From an uncultured Nitrospiraceae bacterium (GTDB lineage: Bacteria > Nitrospirota > Thermodesulfovibrionia > Thermodesulfovibrionales > Dissulfurispiraceae): a stretch of 64,000 nt of DNA. Position numbers and translations under genes: made by a program. Location: contig CAVPIW010000012.1 in assembly GCA_963705105.1 (NCBI GenBank), positions 192,001 through 256,000 on the forward strand, read 5' to 3'. Numbering within the stretch: position 1 is the first letter of the stretch; each line of letters starts with the position of its first letter. The notes under the pieces are model-generated. The model was not told the DNA's origin and did not search any database. It saw nothing but the letters and a program-made list of their open reading frames with translations. This document shows, piece by piece, positions 51,473 to 61,896 of this stretch.

Positions 51473-52630
51473 ATGTGCCAGGTCTTCAAACAACATTGGG
51501 ACAACCACCTATTTGTCGCTTTTGGCAGAAGAACGTCGGTGAGTTTGCCGAATGGGGTGACGACAACCTACTCCTATGACAACGCCAACCATCTCTTGAC
51601 CCTTCAGCATCTCGGTCCGACAAGCCAGGTGCTTGAATCGCTGACGTATACATATGATCCCACCGGTAATCGAACAAAGATGAACAGGCAATCGGTGAAT
51701 CTTCCCCTCCGTGATCCGGTGACGAGCGCAACATACAACGACGCAAATCATATGCTGACGTTTACGCCTTCGTCGGGAACCGTGAAGAACATGACCTATG
51801 ACGACAACGGCAACCTTGCGTCCATGATTAATGGCTGCGGCACGACGACATACGCTTGGGACGTGAGAAATCGTCTCGGCGGCATGACCGGTTTCAACCC
51901 TGACTGCTCTCCGGTCAGCGCGACATTCAAGTATGACGCCTTGGGCAGAAGAGTCGAGAAAACCGTCAACGGTAGGACGATACGGTATCTTTATGACGGC
52001 CTCGACATTATCCAGGAAATCGATAATGGCCTCCCTTCGGTGAACTACATACGGACGATGAGCATCGACGAACCTCTGGCACGAATTGAGGCAAATGGGA
52101 CTGTGCGATATTACCAGACTGACGCTCTGGGAAGTGTGATCTCACTTACTGATCAAACCGGCGCCGTCAAGACACAATTCACATACGATCCGTTCGGGAA
52201 TGTCACAATCACCGGCGAGCAATCGGACAATCCATTCCAGTACACGGGAAGAGAGAATGACGGAACGGGATTGTTCTACTACCGGGCGAGATACCATTCG
52301 CCTGAGTTGCAAAGGTTCATCAGTGAAGATCCGATCAAGTTACTTGGGGACATCAACTTCTTTACATATGTCGGGAACAATCCGATAAATCTTGTGGATC
52401 CCGACGGACTGGTTCCATCAGTGCCTGGGGCTCTGGCCAGGTTTTACTACAAATACCTACGCGGCACTTTTCAGGTTGGCGATAGAATACTATGCAGACA
52501 CGTGAAAATGTGCGCGATGCATTTTGATCAAGAAGATGAGGAAATCTGCAAGGAGGCCGGTGGTACAAACTGTAGTAATCCAGACATTGGGAAAATGATC
52601 TCGTATTGTAAACGAATAGGACTATGGTAA
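51473..52630 (+). CDS. Rhs-repeat core fragment with C-terminal tip 3 (probably 5'-truncated)
   Basis: YD repeats, YYQTDALGSV, YDPFG, NPFQYTGREND.TGL.YYRARY...LQRFISEDP, NNPINLVDPDGL, then a 72-aa tip with 5 Cys. Confidence 0.9.
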   Translation: MCQVFKQHWDNHLFVAFGRRTSVSLPNGVTTTYSYDNANHLLTLQHLGPTSQVLESLTYTYDPTGNRTKMNRQSVNLPLRDPVTSATYNDANHMLTFTPSSGTVKNMTYDDNGNLASMINGCGTTTYAWDVRNRLGGMTGFNPDCSPVSATFKYDALGRRVEKTVNGRTIRYLYDGLDIIQEIDNGLPSVNYIRTMSIDEPLARIEANGTVRYYQTDALGSVISLTDQTGAVKTQFTYDPFGNVTITGEQSDNPFQYTGRENDGTGLFYYRARYHSPELQRFISEDPIKLLGDINFFTYVGNNPINLVDPDGLVPSVPGALARFYYKYLRGTFQVGDRILCRHVKMCAMHFDQEDEEICKEAGGTNCSNPDIGKMISYCKRIGLW

Positions 52631-53115
52631 CAGGAAAGAACAACTTATTATTATATTTCAATGCTGTTTATTTATGGGCCTATACCATGATGGCGATAGG
52701 ATTGTATCTTCAATTATCATCCGTTCAGCGCGCGCTATACCTGATGGCAGCATTTCTTCCGATTCTGGCTTTGCATCTCTTCACCGCATTCAAAATAAAT
52801 GCATTGAGAACTAATAGACTATTCTTCGGTTTGACTGCATTGTGGCTGTCGAACATACTGCTTTTTGCCCTCGATGAATGGATTCTTCCTTTTCACAAAG
52901 AGATATGGCTTACTGATTACATCGCATTTTTCTTGTTCCAGATCATTGGCATAATGGTATCCTTGTCCCTGATCCTCAACTATCCATTTTTCCTTGAAAG
53001 AAAAAGAAGCCGGCTCACATTCATTTTTGGATTGCTCGGCTTCCTCTTTTTTCTATTCATGATGATGCTGACGATCTTCTTCATGGTATCGCCATGCTCT
53101 TTTTTCGAAAAATGA
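52624..53115 (+). CDS. Multi-pass membrane protein, candidate immunity for tip 3
   Basis: Overlaps the Rhs stop; AT-rich; about 5 transmembrane segments. Confidence 0.7.
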   Translation: MVTGKNNLLLYFNAVYLWAYTMMAIGLYLQLSSVQRALYLMAAFLPILALHLFTAFKINALRTNRLFFGLTALWLSNILLFALDEWILPFHKEIWLTDYIAFFLFQIIGIMVSLSLILNYPFFLERKRSRLTFIFGLLGFLFFLFMMMLTIFFMVSPCSFFEK

Positions 53116-53607
53116 AACGTTCGGCATGAAGGCAACCTCCGTGTCCCTGCCCGACTTCGAGTCCTGGATGAGGATCTTTCTGCCCGAAAGGTCCGAGACC
53201 CCGAGGTTCAGCACTTCGCCGACCCGCAGGCCGCACCGTGCCTGAAGCTCCAGGATGAGACGGTCTCTCGTGTTTGTGGAGTTGAAGATGATCTCATCCA
53301 CCGTCTCCTTGTCCAGGATCTTACGGGGCTTATGGGGGACGTTCCTGAAGGCCTTCAGGACCAGCGGCGCCGAACAGGGGTTCTTGATGTTTGTCCCTGT
53401 CACGTCGATGACGTAGTTGAAGAAGGCCTTGAGTTGGGCATAACGCAGATGCCGGCTGATCTCATCGGCAGACAGGGAGTCGACCTCCCGGTCCGACAAT
53501 GAAGTCTGAAGCTGCTCCAGGAATCCCCTGTAGTTTTTCCGGGTGCTCTTTTTGACGGCTATTGTCTGATGCTTTCTGAAGAGTTCGACGGCGTCTCGAA
53601 CGGTCAT
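53053..53607 (-). pseudogene. 3'-truncated tyrosine recombinase/integrase
   Basis: RDRLILEL.ARCGLRVGEV.NL (first catalytic Arg) is present, but HxxR and the catalytic Tyr are missing; similarity ends at about 53115; GGAGGT RBS. Confidence 0.82.
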
Positions 53608-54046
53608 GATGACACCTCCTTGCGTTGAGCTTGCCGGGGGTCCGCATGATTCAATTGTATGGCAGAATCGATGAGATAGGGACGAACTGTGAGTGACATC
53701 GTGGGGCGCGTCGACCACAGAAGCAGGCGGCGATACCGCCAAGATGAAGAAGATAGACTCATTCCTTTCTGCATGGGGCTGAGGGTATAGAGCCTGATGG
53801 CGACGGGATTGTTTCTTCAGTTCCGCAAAGGAACAGGGCGTCGCTTGAGACGATTTCCGTTTGGACCCTGCTGGATTGTCTGGCCTTCGTTTGTGCGTCT
53901 TCCTGTCAAACCCACACATCACCCGGCGAACACCATTGGGTGCGTGTCATCGGAAGAACATCCCGCGACAAAATAGCGGTCCAAAATGAGCGCTGTTCTT
54001 GTGGAAATCAACGGGTTTATCGGGTTACGGAAGGCACACGAAGCGC

Positions 54047-54905
54047 TCAGCGGCCAAGGAGCCTCCGCACGATCCGGAGATTCCTCCGGTCATCATCGTC
54101 GCTTTTCTTCGGCGTCTCGAGGATGATGGGGACCTTCCGGAAAGGCGGGAAATTCACGAATCGTCTCAGTCCGTTCTTCTCCGATGGAGCCGCGGCCGAT
54201 GTGTTCGTGGCGGTCAACCCCGGAATTGAAGTCCTTCTTCGAGTCATTGAGGTGAATCAGTCTTACCCTGTCGAGGCCTATGCCCGATTCGATCTCCTCC
54301 GCGAGCCGCTCCGTCCCCTCTTCGGTCGCTACGTCGTACCCTGCCTGGAATGCATGGCAGGTGTCCAGGCATATCCCGCCGATAGAGGCGCTGTTCACCC
54401 CTTCCATAAGTCTCGCAAGGTCGACCATATGGGAAGATACGTCACCTCTCTCTCCGGCCGTGTTTTCGAGGAGCACCTGTGCTCTTCCACGGTGGTCCCT
54501 GAGAACTCCCCTGAGGGCCTCTACCGCCCGCTTGTGCGCGTTTTCCTTCGTATCCCGCGATGCGCTGCCGGTGTGGAGTATGACGTAATCGGCGCCTAAT
54601 GCATCAGCCAGTTCCATTTCTTTCAGAAGCAGACAGACTGATTTCTCGAGTATGACCTTGTCCTCTGCGCAGAGATTGATGAGGTAGCTGGAGTGCACAA
54701 ACACAGGGTTTATGTCATATGCGTCTCTCATCATCTTAAACTGAGCGACATCGTCATCGCGCAGGGCCTGCGTGAGCCACTGCCTGGGATTATGAGAGAA
54801 GATTTGCACGGTCGTGCAGCCGAGCTGTTTTGCCCGTTCGAGCGACAAATGAACTCCGCCGGCTATCGATGTATGTGCGCCCAATCTCCTCGTCACTCGG
54901 CGCAT
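54047..54905 (-). pseudogene. nfo: Endonuclease IV, frameshifted near the 3' end (possibly a sequence error)
   Basis: GAHTSIAGG, HSSYLINL, LENTAG, CLDTCH, HLNDSK, DRHEHIG; the conserved P.ILETP C-terminus is in another frame from about 54172. Confidence 0.88.
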
Positions 54906-54935
54906 AGGGCCCGCCTTTCCGGAGTACTGTGCGCA
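54899..54935 (+). repeat. Degenerate right arm of the hairpin family at the nfo start
   Basis: GGCGCATAGGGCCCGCCTTTCCGGAGTACTGTGCG versus consensus GGCGCATACGCCCCGCCTTTCCGGA. Confidence 0.6.
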
Positions 54936-55008
54936 GCATGGTCGATGCTGTCGATTGCCCTGCGGGGTTTCTCGATGCGCATCATCCGATTATTCTACAT
55001 CACAGGCT

Positions 55009-55189
55009 CATGAAAAGGCGGGGCGAAACGCTCTAAAAAACAGTGACAGTGTGAGTGTGAGTGTGAGTAAAGAGGTTCACATTTCGACCGATGGCTTGAA
55101 ACGTTGTCTTTTGTGACGGTTACGGTGTCGCCGCAGCAAGGTTTTCGGCGCATACGCCCCGCCTTTCCTGGGAGCGTATTGCGACAATA
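55009..55189 (+). repeat. Mosaic hairpin element: left end, hexamer array, type-A right half and tail
   Basis: CATGAAAAGGCGGGGCGAAACGC; AAAAAACAGTGAC(AGTGTG)3AGTAAAG; GGTGTCGCCGCAGCAAGGTTTTCGGCGCATACGCCCCGCCTTTCC..TATTGCGACAATA. Confidence 0.88.
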
Positions 55190-55314
55190 TGGTCTATCCC
55201 ATACAGCGGCGGCAATGCACCTGGCGCATCGGGGAGGGTATCAGGTTGACGGGAGAACGGCGGGAGAGGGTACAATGGGAAGAAAATGACAGCAAACTTT
55301 TTCTATGGAGGGGA

Positions 55315-55890
55315 ATGATGACCTTTAAAAGGATTGGTAAGAGTATCCAGCTTTTTATAGTCTGTGCGCTTTTTTCTCTGATCTGTCTTCCGGCCCTTGC
55401 CGATACCGTTTCCGCGGCAACGGCGATGGAGATCGATGTGAGTGTGGACGTGGCCATGGAAAGGTTCTACAAGCAGGTCAGCGGCGCCCCGGAATTCGCA
55501 AGGGCGGCAAAGGCGCTCCTCGTCATGCCGAACGTGAAAAAGGGAGGCTTCTTCATCGGCGGGCAATACGGAGAGGGTGCCCTGAGGGTCGGGGGGAAGA
55601 CGACGGCGTACTATAATCTGATCTCGGGGTCCTACGGGATCACCTTCGGCGCCCAGGCGATGGACATCATCATCGCCTTCATGACGGACGAGGCGCTCCG
55701 GCAGTTTCAGGCCGCCGAAGGGTGGGAGATCGGCGTTGACGGAAACGTTGCGCTCATCGAAATCGGTGCGGGCACGCGGCTCGACTCGACGACGCTGCGC
55801 GATCCGATCATCGGCTTCGTCTTCGACGTGAAGGGTCTTATGGTCGACATCTCCCTGAAGGGCGCGAAGTTCACGAGGCTCGCCAAATAA
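55315..55890 (+). CDS. YSC84/SYLF lipid-binding domain secreted protein
   Basis: Signal peptide; AK.LLV.P.V.K.GF.IGGQYGEG, GS.G...GAQ, GLM...SL.G.K. Confidence 0.85.
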   Translation: MMTFKRIGKSIQLFIVCALFSLICLPALADTVSAATAMEIDVSVDVAMERFYKQVSGAPEFARAAKALLVMPNVKKGGFFIGGQYGEGALRVGGKTTAYYNLISGSYGITFGAQAMDIIIAFMTDEALRQFQAAEGWEIGVDGNVALIEIGAGTRLDSTTLRDPIIGFVFDVKGLMVDISLKGAKFTRLAK

Positions 55891-55891
55891 T

Positions 55892-56764
55892 TCAGGAGAC
55901 GATCTCGGTACCGATGCCCTCTTTCGTGAAGATTTCGAGGAGCAGGCAGTGCGGTATGCGGCCGTCGACGATGTGTGTTTTCCTGACGCCGCCGTCGAGG
56001 GCGCGGAGGCAGGCCTGCACCTTCGGGAGCATCCCGCCGGAGATGGTGCCTTCGTTGATGAGCTCCTGGATATCCATCCTGTCGAGCGTGGGCAGGACGG
56101 CGCCGTCCTGTCCCTTGATGCCGGGCACATCGGTGAGGAGGAGAAACTTCTCGGCCCTGACGGCCGATGCGATGGCTGATGCCACATAGTCTGCGTTGAT
56201 ATTGAGGGACTCCCCGGTTTTCCTTACCCCGATGGGTGAGATGACGGGGATGAAACCGTCTCTCTCCAGGGAGTGGAGGATCTCGGGGTTGACCGTGTCG
56301 ACCTCACCGACGAGGCCGATGTCGATGACTTCCTCGTCGCGTGACGATTTCCTGAGGAGTTTCTTCTTCGCCCTGATGAGCCCGCCGTCTTTTCCGCTCA
56401 GTCCCACGGCCTTGCCCCCGCTGCTGTTGATGAGGGTGACGATCTCCTTGTTGATGAGACCCCCGAGGACCATCTCGACGATTTCCATCGTTTCCTTGTC
56501 CGTCACCCGCTGACCCTGGACAAAGTTCGGTTCCTTGCCCATCTTTTTCATCGTCTCGCTGATTTTGGGTCCGCCGCCGTGGACGATGATCGTCCGGATG
56601 CCGATGAAGGTCAGCAGGACCACGTCCTCGGCGAAGGCCTTCTTGAGATGCTCCTCGGTCTGCGCGGCCCCCCCGTATTTGATGACGAAGGTCTTCCCGA
56701 AGAAATTCCTGATATAGGGGAGCGACTCGATGAGGATGCCGGCCTTTTCGATGAGTTTTTCCAT
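55892..56764 (-). CDS. argB: Acetylglutamate kinase
   Basis: VIKYGG, VHGGGP, NINAD, LLTDV.G, GGMLPK, LLEIFT..GIGT. Confidence 0.96.
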   Translation of the reverse strand: MEKLIEKAGILIESLPYIRNFFGKTFVIKYGGAAQTEEHLKKAFAEDVVLLTFIGIRTIIVHGGGPKISETMKKMGKEPNFVQGQRVTDKETMEIVEMVLGGLINKEIVTLINSSGGKAVGLSGKDGGLIRAKKKLLRKSSRDEEVIDIGLVGEVDTVNPEILHSLERDGFIPVISPIGVRKTGESLNINADYVASAIASAVRAEKFLLLTDVPGIKGQDGAVLPTLDRMDIQELINEGTISGGMLPKVQACLRALDGGVRKTHIVDGRIPHCLLLEIFTKEGIGTEIVS

Positions 56765-56765
56765 C

Positions 56766-57359
56766 TCACTCTCCGCGTTCGAAGCAGGGGATGCAGAGGG
56801 TCCTGCCGTCCCGGAGGCGCGCCTTTGGCTCGGCGACCTTTTCTCCGCACATCTCGCAGCGGACGCTCTGATAGATCCTCGCCGCGGCAGGCAGGGCCGT
56901 TCCGGTCCTCGAGATTTTGAAAAGCTCGGCATCGCCGGCATCGAGGATCATCTTCGTCTTCTTCGCCTTCCTGCTGTGGACGGCTGCCAGGACCTCTTCG
57001 GACCGGTCTCCTTCCGAGTACCGGCGCCACATCTCCTTCTCCTCTTCCGTCTCTTGAGGCTGCGGGAATTCGACGGATATGCGGACGGACTCCCCGGAGG
57101 GTCGTTTGAGAAAGGTGTAGACCTGTTTCCCGTAGTCCCGGAAGATGAGGTTTCCCTTGCCGAAGGTGCAGCCCGTCATGACCTGGATTGCGTCGACGGC
57201 GCAGGAGTCGTTCTCCACAACGGCGACGAGCTCTTCATCCTCGGAGATATTCTTCCGGTCCATCTCCCGTAATGCCACCTGCCCGACGCGATATCCGATG
57301 GCAAGACCGGGGCAGCTGTGGCCGTGAAATTGCACGACTTCCTCGAATGTCTTCATCAC
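56766..57359 (-). CDS. FmdE/FwdE-family protein with C-terminal zinc finger
   Basis: FHGH.CPGLAIG, ENDSC.VDAIQ..TGCTFGKGNL, CEMCGE...CIPC. Confidence 0.9.
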   Translation of the reverse strand: MMKTFEEVVQFHGHSCPGLAIGYRVGQVALREMDRKNISEDEELVAVVENDSCAVDAIQVMTGCTFGKGNLIFRDYGKQVYTFLKRPSGESVRISVEFPQPQETEEEKEMWRRYSEGDRSEEVLAAVHSRKAKKTKMILDAGDAELFKISRTGTALPAAARIYQSVRCEMCGEKVAEPKARLRDGRTLCIPCFERGE

Positions 57360-57373
57360 GCCTCCTCCCTTGA

Positions 57374-57651
57374 AGTGTGAGTGTCAGTGTCAGTGACGGG
57401 AAAACAGCCCGAGACGACCTCACGCAAAGCCGCAAAGAGCGCAAAGAGTTTCCGTGAAAGAATGGTTGACACTGATACTGTTGCAGCGACTGTTGATTCC
57501 TGCATAGCAAAGCCCTGGAGATTATTTTGTACGTGTTCAGTAATCCCGAAATGCTGCCTTTTACTGACACTGACACTCACACTGTCACTGTTTTTACAGT
57601 ATCTGCCTTTCACTGACACTGACACTCACACTGTCACTGTTTTTACAGTAT
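57374..57651. repeat. Micro-array cluster including a 49-bp tandem duplication
   Basis: Hexamers 57374-57395; CACGCAAAGCCGCAAAGAGCGCAAAG 57421-57446; inverted hexamer modules 57554-57602 and 57603-57651 (48/49 identical). Confidence 0.88.
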
Positions 57652-58983
57652 ATACCGGCTGAGGTCCTCGTCCTTCACGATCTCCGAGAGGGCCTTCCTG
57701 ACGAATTCCCGGTTGACGGCGATCTTCACACCCTGCATCTCCGGGGCGTTGAATGAGACATCGTCGAGAAGCCTTTCGAGAACGGTGTGGAGCCTCCGGG
57801 CGCCGATATTTTCAGTCTTTTCGTTGACCGTGGCGGCGATGTCTGCGATCTCGTCGACGGCATCGTCTCCGAAGGTCAGGCGCACGTCCTCCGTGCCGAG
57901 GAGGGCCGTATACTGCCTGATAAGGGCGTTGTGCGGCTCCGTGAGGATCCTGACGAATTCCTCCTTGCCCAGCGATTCGAGCTCGACGCGGATCGGGAAC
58001 CTCCCCTGCAGCTCCGGAATGAGGTCCGAGGGTTTCGACATATGAAAGGCGCCTGCAGCGATGAAGAGGATATGGTCCGTCCTGACGGGGCCGTGTTTCG
58101 TGGCCACCGTCGAGCCCTCGACGACGGGCAGGAGGTCCCGTTGAACCCCCTCACGGGAGACGTCGGGTCCGTGGGCGTGCCCCTTGCTCGCAACCTTGTC
58201 GATTTCATCGATGAATATGATGCCCGATTGTTCCGTGCGCTCGATGGCCTCCCTCTTGATCCCGTCCATGTCGATCAGCTTGTTCGCCTCCTCTGCGGTG
58301 AGCATCACGAGGGCCTCGGAGACCTTCACCTTCCGGCGTTTTGATTTTTCGGGAAGGAAATTACCGAGCATCTCCTTGAGGTTGATCTCGAGTTCCTCCA
58401 GTCCCACATTCGACACGACGCCGAAAGGCATCATCTTTTCCTTCACCTCGACGTCGACATATCTCTCATCGAGCTTGCCGGCCCGCAGTTGCGCCCGCAG
58501 CCGTTCCCGCGTCTCTCTGTTGGAGTCGTGGTCCTCCTCTTCGGGCGGCACGCCGCGGATCGCCCGGGGCGGGGGCAGGAGAATGTCGAGGAGCCGCTCC
58601 TCGGCGAGGCCCTTCGCCTTCTCCTGGACGAGCTCCATATGCTCCGCCCTGACGAGATTCAGGGCGATTTCCGTAATGTCCCTGATCATCGACTCGACGT
58701 CGCGTCCCACGTAGCCCACTTCGGTGAATTTCGACGCCTCGATTTTGAGGAACGGCGCATTGGCGAGACGGGCGAGTCTACGGGCGATCTCGGTCTTTCC
58801 GACACCCGTCGGCCCGATCATGATGATGTTCTTCGGCATCACCTCGTCTTTCAGGTCCGGCGAGAGCCGCTGGCGGCGCCAGCGGTTCCTCAGGGCGATG
58901 GCAACGGCGCGTTTTGCCTTGTCCTGGCCGATGATGTACTTGTCCAGCTCCTCTACGATCTTCCTGGGGGTGAGGTTATCCAT
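57643..58983 (-). CDS. hslU: ATP-dependent protease ATPase subunit HslU
   Basis: [48 protein letters not shown]. Confidence 0.98.
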   Translation of the reverse strand: MDNLTPRKIVEELDKYIIGQDKAKRAVAIALRNRWRRQRLSPDLKDEVMPKNIIMIGPTGVGKTEIARRLARLANAPFLKIEASKFTEVGYVGRDVESMIRDITEIALNLVRAEHMELVQEKAKGLAEERLLDILLPPPRAIRGVPPEEEDHDSNRETRERLRAQLRAGKLDERYVDVEVKEKMMPFGVVSNVGLEELEINLKEMLGNFLPEKSKRRKVKVSEALVMLTAEEANKLIDMDGIKREAIERTEQSGIIFIDEIDKVASKGHAHGPDVSREGVQRDLLPVVEGSTVATKHGPVRTDHILFIAAGAFHMSKPSDLIPELQGRFPIRVELESLGKEEFVRILTEPHNALIRQYTALLGTEDVRLTFGDDAVDEIADIAATVNEKTENIGARRLHTVLERLLDDVSFNAPEMQGVKIAVNREFVRKALSEIVKDEDLSRYIL

Positions 58984-59511
58984 TCACAGTTCCTCGATGT
59001 GTATGTTCTTGTTCGTATAAATGCAAATTTCCGAAGCGATCGACATGGCCTTATCGACGATTTCAGCCGGGGACAGGGGGGTGTTGTCGTATAACGCCTG
59101 TGCAGCGGCGAGGGCGAAAGGCCCTCCGGACCCGATGGCGGCGATTCCCCCGTCGGGCTCGATGACGTCGCCCGTGCCGGAGAGGATGAAGGAATGCTCG
59201 CTGTCGGCAACGATCAGGAGCGCCTCCAGCCGTCTTAGCACCCTGTCGGTCCTCCAGTCCTTGGCGAGTTCCACGGCGGCCCTCCGGATATTGCCCCGGT
59301 ATGCCTCGATCTTCGCCTCGAACTTCTCGAAGAGGGTAAATGCGTCGGCAGTGGCCCCGGCGAATCCCGCCAATATCTTGTTATTATACATTTTCCTGGT
59401 CTTTTTGGCATGGTGTTTCAATATCGTGCTGCCCATCGTCACCTGGCCGTCACTGCCGATGGCCACCTTTCCGTCGCGTCTTACACAGAGAATCGTCGTG
59501 CCCTGGAACAT
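58984..59511 (-). CDS. hslV: ATP-dependent protease subunit HslV
   Basis: [32 protein letters not shown]. Confidence 0.98.
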   Translation of the reverse strand: MFQGTTILCVRRDGKVAIGSDGQVTMGSTILKHHAKKTRKMYNNKILAGFAGATADAFTLFEKFEAKIEAYRGNIRRAAVELAKDWRTDRVLRRLEALLIVADSEHSFILSGTGDVIEPDGGIAAIGSGGPFALAAAQALYDNTPLSPAEIVDKAMSIASEICIYTNKNIHIEEL

Positions 59512-59519
59512 CAGTCCTC

Positions 59520-60497
59520 CTATCCGCTCTTATTGGGGGAACCCCCGCCCTCCGGCGCTCCGTCTCCGAAGGGATGGGCTTTATCGTACACATCGATGAG
59601 GTGTCCTATGTCGAGATGGGTATATTTCTGGGTCGTCGACAGCGATGAGTGGCCGAGCAGCTCCTGGATCACCCGCAGGTCGGCGCCGTCCATGAGGAGG
59701 TGCGTCGCGAAGGTGTGCCGCAGCGTGTGGGGGCCGATCGCGCCTTTTATGCCCGCGGCACCGGCGTATTTCACGACGATCCTCCGGATCTGTCTCCCCG
59801 TGAGCCTGCCTCCCGTCCGGTTCAGGAAAAGGGCCGGTTCGGGCCGTAACTCCCCTTTCCGTTGACCCTGCCTCTTTCTCCGGAAGAGCATCCGTTCGAT
59901 CAGATATGCCTTCAGGGCGTCAAGGGCCTTGTTCCCGACGGGGACGATGCGCTCTTTTCTCCCTTTGCCGCGGGCTTTCACGAGCCCCTCCCGCATGTTG
60001 AAGTCGTCGAGGTCGAGTCCCTCCACCTCGCTCACCCGGAGGCCGCTTGAGTACAGGAGTTCCAGGATCGCCCGGTCACGGACGGGGATGAGGCCGATCC
60101 CTTCCGGGAATTCGACGAGACCGAAGGCTTCGTCGATCGTCAGGAACCGCGGCAGGGGAGAGGGCTCCTTCGGCGAGGGGACGAGCCGGGCCTGGTTGAT
60201 CCGGATGAATCCCTCGCGGTGCAGGAAGCTGAAGAAAGACCGCAGCGTCGCGAGCTTCCGGGAGACGGTCGTCTTTTTCTTCTCCTTCAGGATCTCTTCG
60301 GAGATGTATCCCCTGATGTCGATCATGTCCACATCTTCCGGCTTCACCGGGCAGCGGCGGGCGAAGTCGCGCAGGTCTCTTTCATACGCCCTCAACGTGT
60401 GGGGAGAAACGTTTCTTTCCACATCGAGATGGCGGAGGAACAGGCCGATGAAGCTGTCCAGAGGGTTCTGCTCCTTGTTCCCGTCGCGGTCCGTCAT
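59520..60497 (-). CDS. xerC: Tyrosine recombinase XerC
   Basis: [51 protein letters not shown]; conserved trmFO-xerC-hslVU context. Confidence 0.92.
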   Translation of the reverse strand: MTDRDGNKEQNPLDSFIGLFLRHLDVERNVSPHTLRAYERDLRDFARRCPVKPEDVDMIDIRGYISEEILKEKKKTTVSRKLATLRSFFSFLHREGFIRINQARLVPSPKEPSPLPRFLTIDEAFGLVEFPEGIGLIPVRDRAILELLYSSGLRVSEVEGLDLDDFNMREGLVKARGKGRKERIVPVGNKALDALKAYLIERMLFRRKRQGQRKGELRPEPALFLNRTGGRLTGRQIRRIVVKYAGAAGIKGAIGPHTLRHTFATHLLMDGADLRVIQELLGHSSLSTTQKYTHLDIGHLIDVYDKAHPFGDGAPEGGGSPNKSG

Positions 60498-61855
60498 CCG
60501 AAAATCCCGCGAATGTAGTCTTCCCAGTCGGCGATCGCCCGGCCGGCCATGAGCATGCGCCGCTGCTTCTTGTCCCTGATGCGCTGCACTTCCTCGTCAC
60601 CGGGGAGGAGGCCGAAATGGATGTTGCTCGGCTGAAAAGCTCCTGTGGGTTTCCCGATGAGGAACCTGACAAGGGACCCGTGAGCAGATGTCCCCGGCGG
60701 GGGTATGAAGGCCTCACCCTTCATCCTCCTTGCGGCGTTGACACCAGCGATGAATCCCATGGCCGCCGATTCGATATACCCCTCCACCCCGGTGATCTGA
60801 CCGGCCACGTAAACGTTTTCCTTTTCCCGCAGGGTGAGGTCCTGCCGGAGGTGCTCGGGCGCGTTCATGTATGTGTTCCGGTGGATGCTCCCGTAGCGGA
60901 GGATCTCGGCATGCTCCAGTCCCGGGATCATGGAGAGGATTTTTTCCTGGTACGGATGGGTGAGTCTCGTCTGGAAGCCGACGAGGTTGTAGGCCGTCTT
61001 CTCCCTGTTCTCCATCCGGAGCTGGACGACGGCATGAGGGATCTTTCCCGTCCGCGGATCGACGAGTCCCACCGGCTTCAGGGGCCCGAACCGCAGGGTG
61101 TCCCTGCCCCGTGCCGCCATTGCCTCGACGGGCATGCAGCCCTCGAAGACCCTGTCATCCTCAAAGCTTCTGACCCTCACCGTGTCGGCCTCTCTGAGGG
61201 CGTCGTAAAAGCGGTCGTACTCCTCCGGGGTCATCGGGCAGTTGAGATAATCATCGCCCCCTTTACCGTATCGCGATGCACTGTAGACTTTTGCATAGTC
61301 GATGCTGTCGGCGTCGACTATAGGCGAGATGGCGTCATAGAAGGAGAGGTGGTCCTCGCCGATAAGGGAGCGGATTTCGGACGAGAGGGACGGTGTCGTG
61401 AGAGGTCCAGTTGCGATGATGCAGGGCGATGCCGGAATCTCAGTGACTTCTTCCCGGACGATCCGGATCAACGGATGGCCCGTCAATGCCTCCGTTACGG
61501 CGCCGGCGAAAAGCTTACGGTTCACGGCAAGTGCCGAGCCGGCGGGGACTTCGGCCCCCTTTGCGGCCTCCATGATGAGAGAGCCCCCGATATCCATCTC
61601 CCGCTTCAGGAGCCCCGGACCGGTGACAAGCTCCCGCGACCGGAGCGAGTTGGAACAGACGAGTTCGGCAAAGAGCTGTGTCTTGTGCGCCTCTGTCATG
61701 CGCGCCGGCCGCATCTCGTAGAGAACGACGCCGACTCCGAGACGGGCAGCCTGCCAGGCCGCCTCGGACCCGGCCAGTCCGCCGCCGATGATGATGAGTT
61801 CTTGCGTATTCACCTTGTTGATTGTTTCCCTTCGCAAGTCGTCGCCGGTCCTCAT
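60494..61855 (-). CDS. trmFO: tRNA (uracil-5-)-methyltransferase TrmFO (start may be GTG 61813)
   Basis: GGGLAGSEAA, ELVCSNSL, FEGCMP.E, GPLKPVGL, GQITGVEGY. Confidence 0.96.
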   Translation of the reverse strand: MRTGDDLRRETINKVNTQELIIIGGGLAGSEAAWQAARLGVGVVLYEMRPARMTEAHKTQLFAELVCSNSLRSRELVTGPGLLKREMDIGGSLIMEAAKGAEVPAGSALAVNRKLFAGAVTEALTGHPLIRIVREEVTEIPASPCIIATGPLTTPSLSSEIRSLIGEDHLSFYDAISPIVDADSIDYAKVYSASRYGKGGDDYLNCPMTPEEYDRFYDALREADTVRVRSFEDDRVFEGCMPVEAMAARGRDTLRFGPLKPVGLVDPRTGKIPHAVVQLRMENREKTAYNLVGFQTRLTHPYQEKILSMIPGLEHAEILRYGSIHRNTYMNAPEHLRQDLTLREKENVYVAGQITGVEGYIESAAMGFIAGVNAARRMKGEAFIPPPGTSAHGSLVRFLIGKPTGAFQPSNIHFGLLPGDEEVQRIRDKKQRRMLMAGRAIADWEDYIRGIFG

Positions 61856-61896
61856 TGTTGACAGCGCCGCGACGGTACTGGTATAAATAATAACTT

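Noticed and set aside
45690..53940. att-like boundary repeats for the Rhs island (CAATGGTGT at about 45690 versus ACACCATTG at about 53930)
   Set aside because: Only a 9-bp inverted match, compatible with chance; no convincing direct repeat was found
59520..60497. xerC as the integrase of a mobile element
   Set aside because: It lies in the conserved chromosomal trmFO-xerC-hslV-hslU cluster
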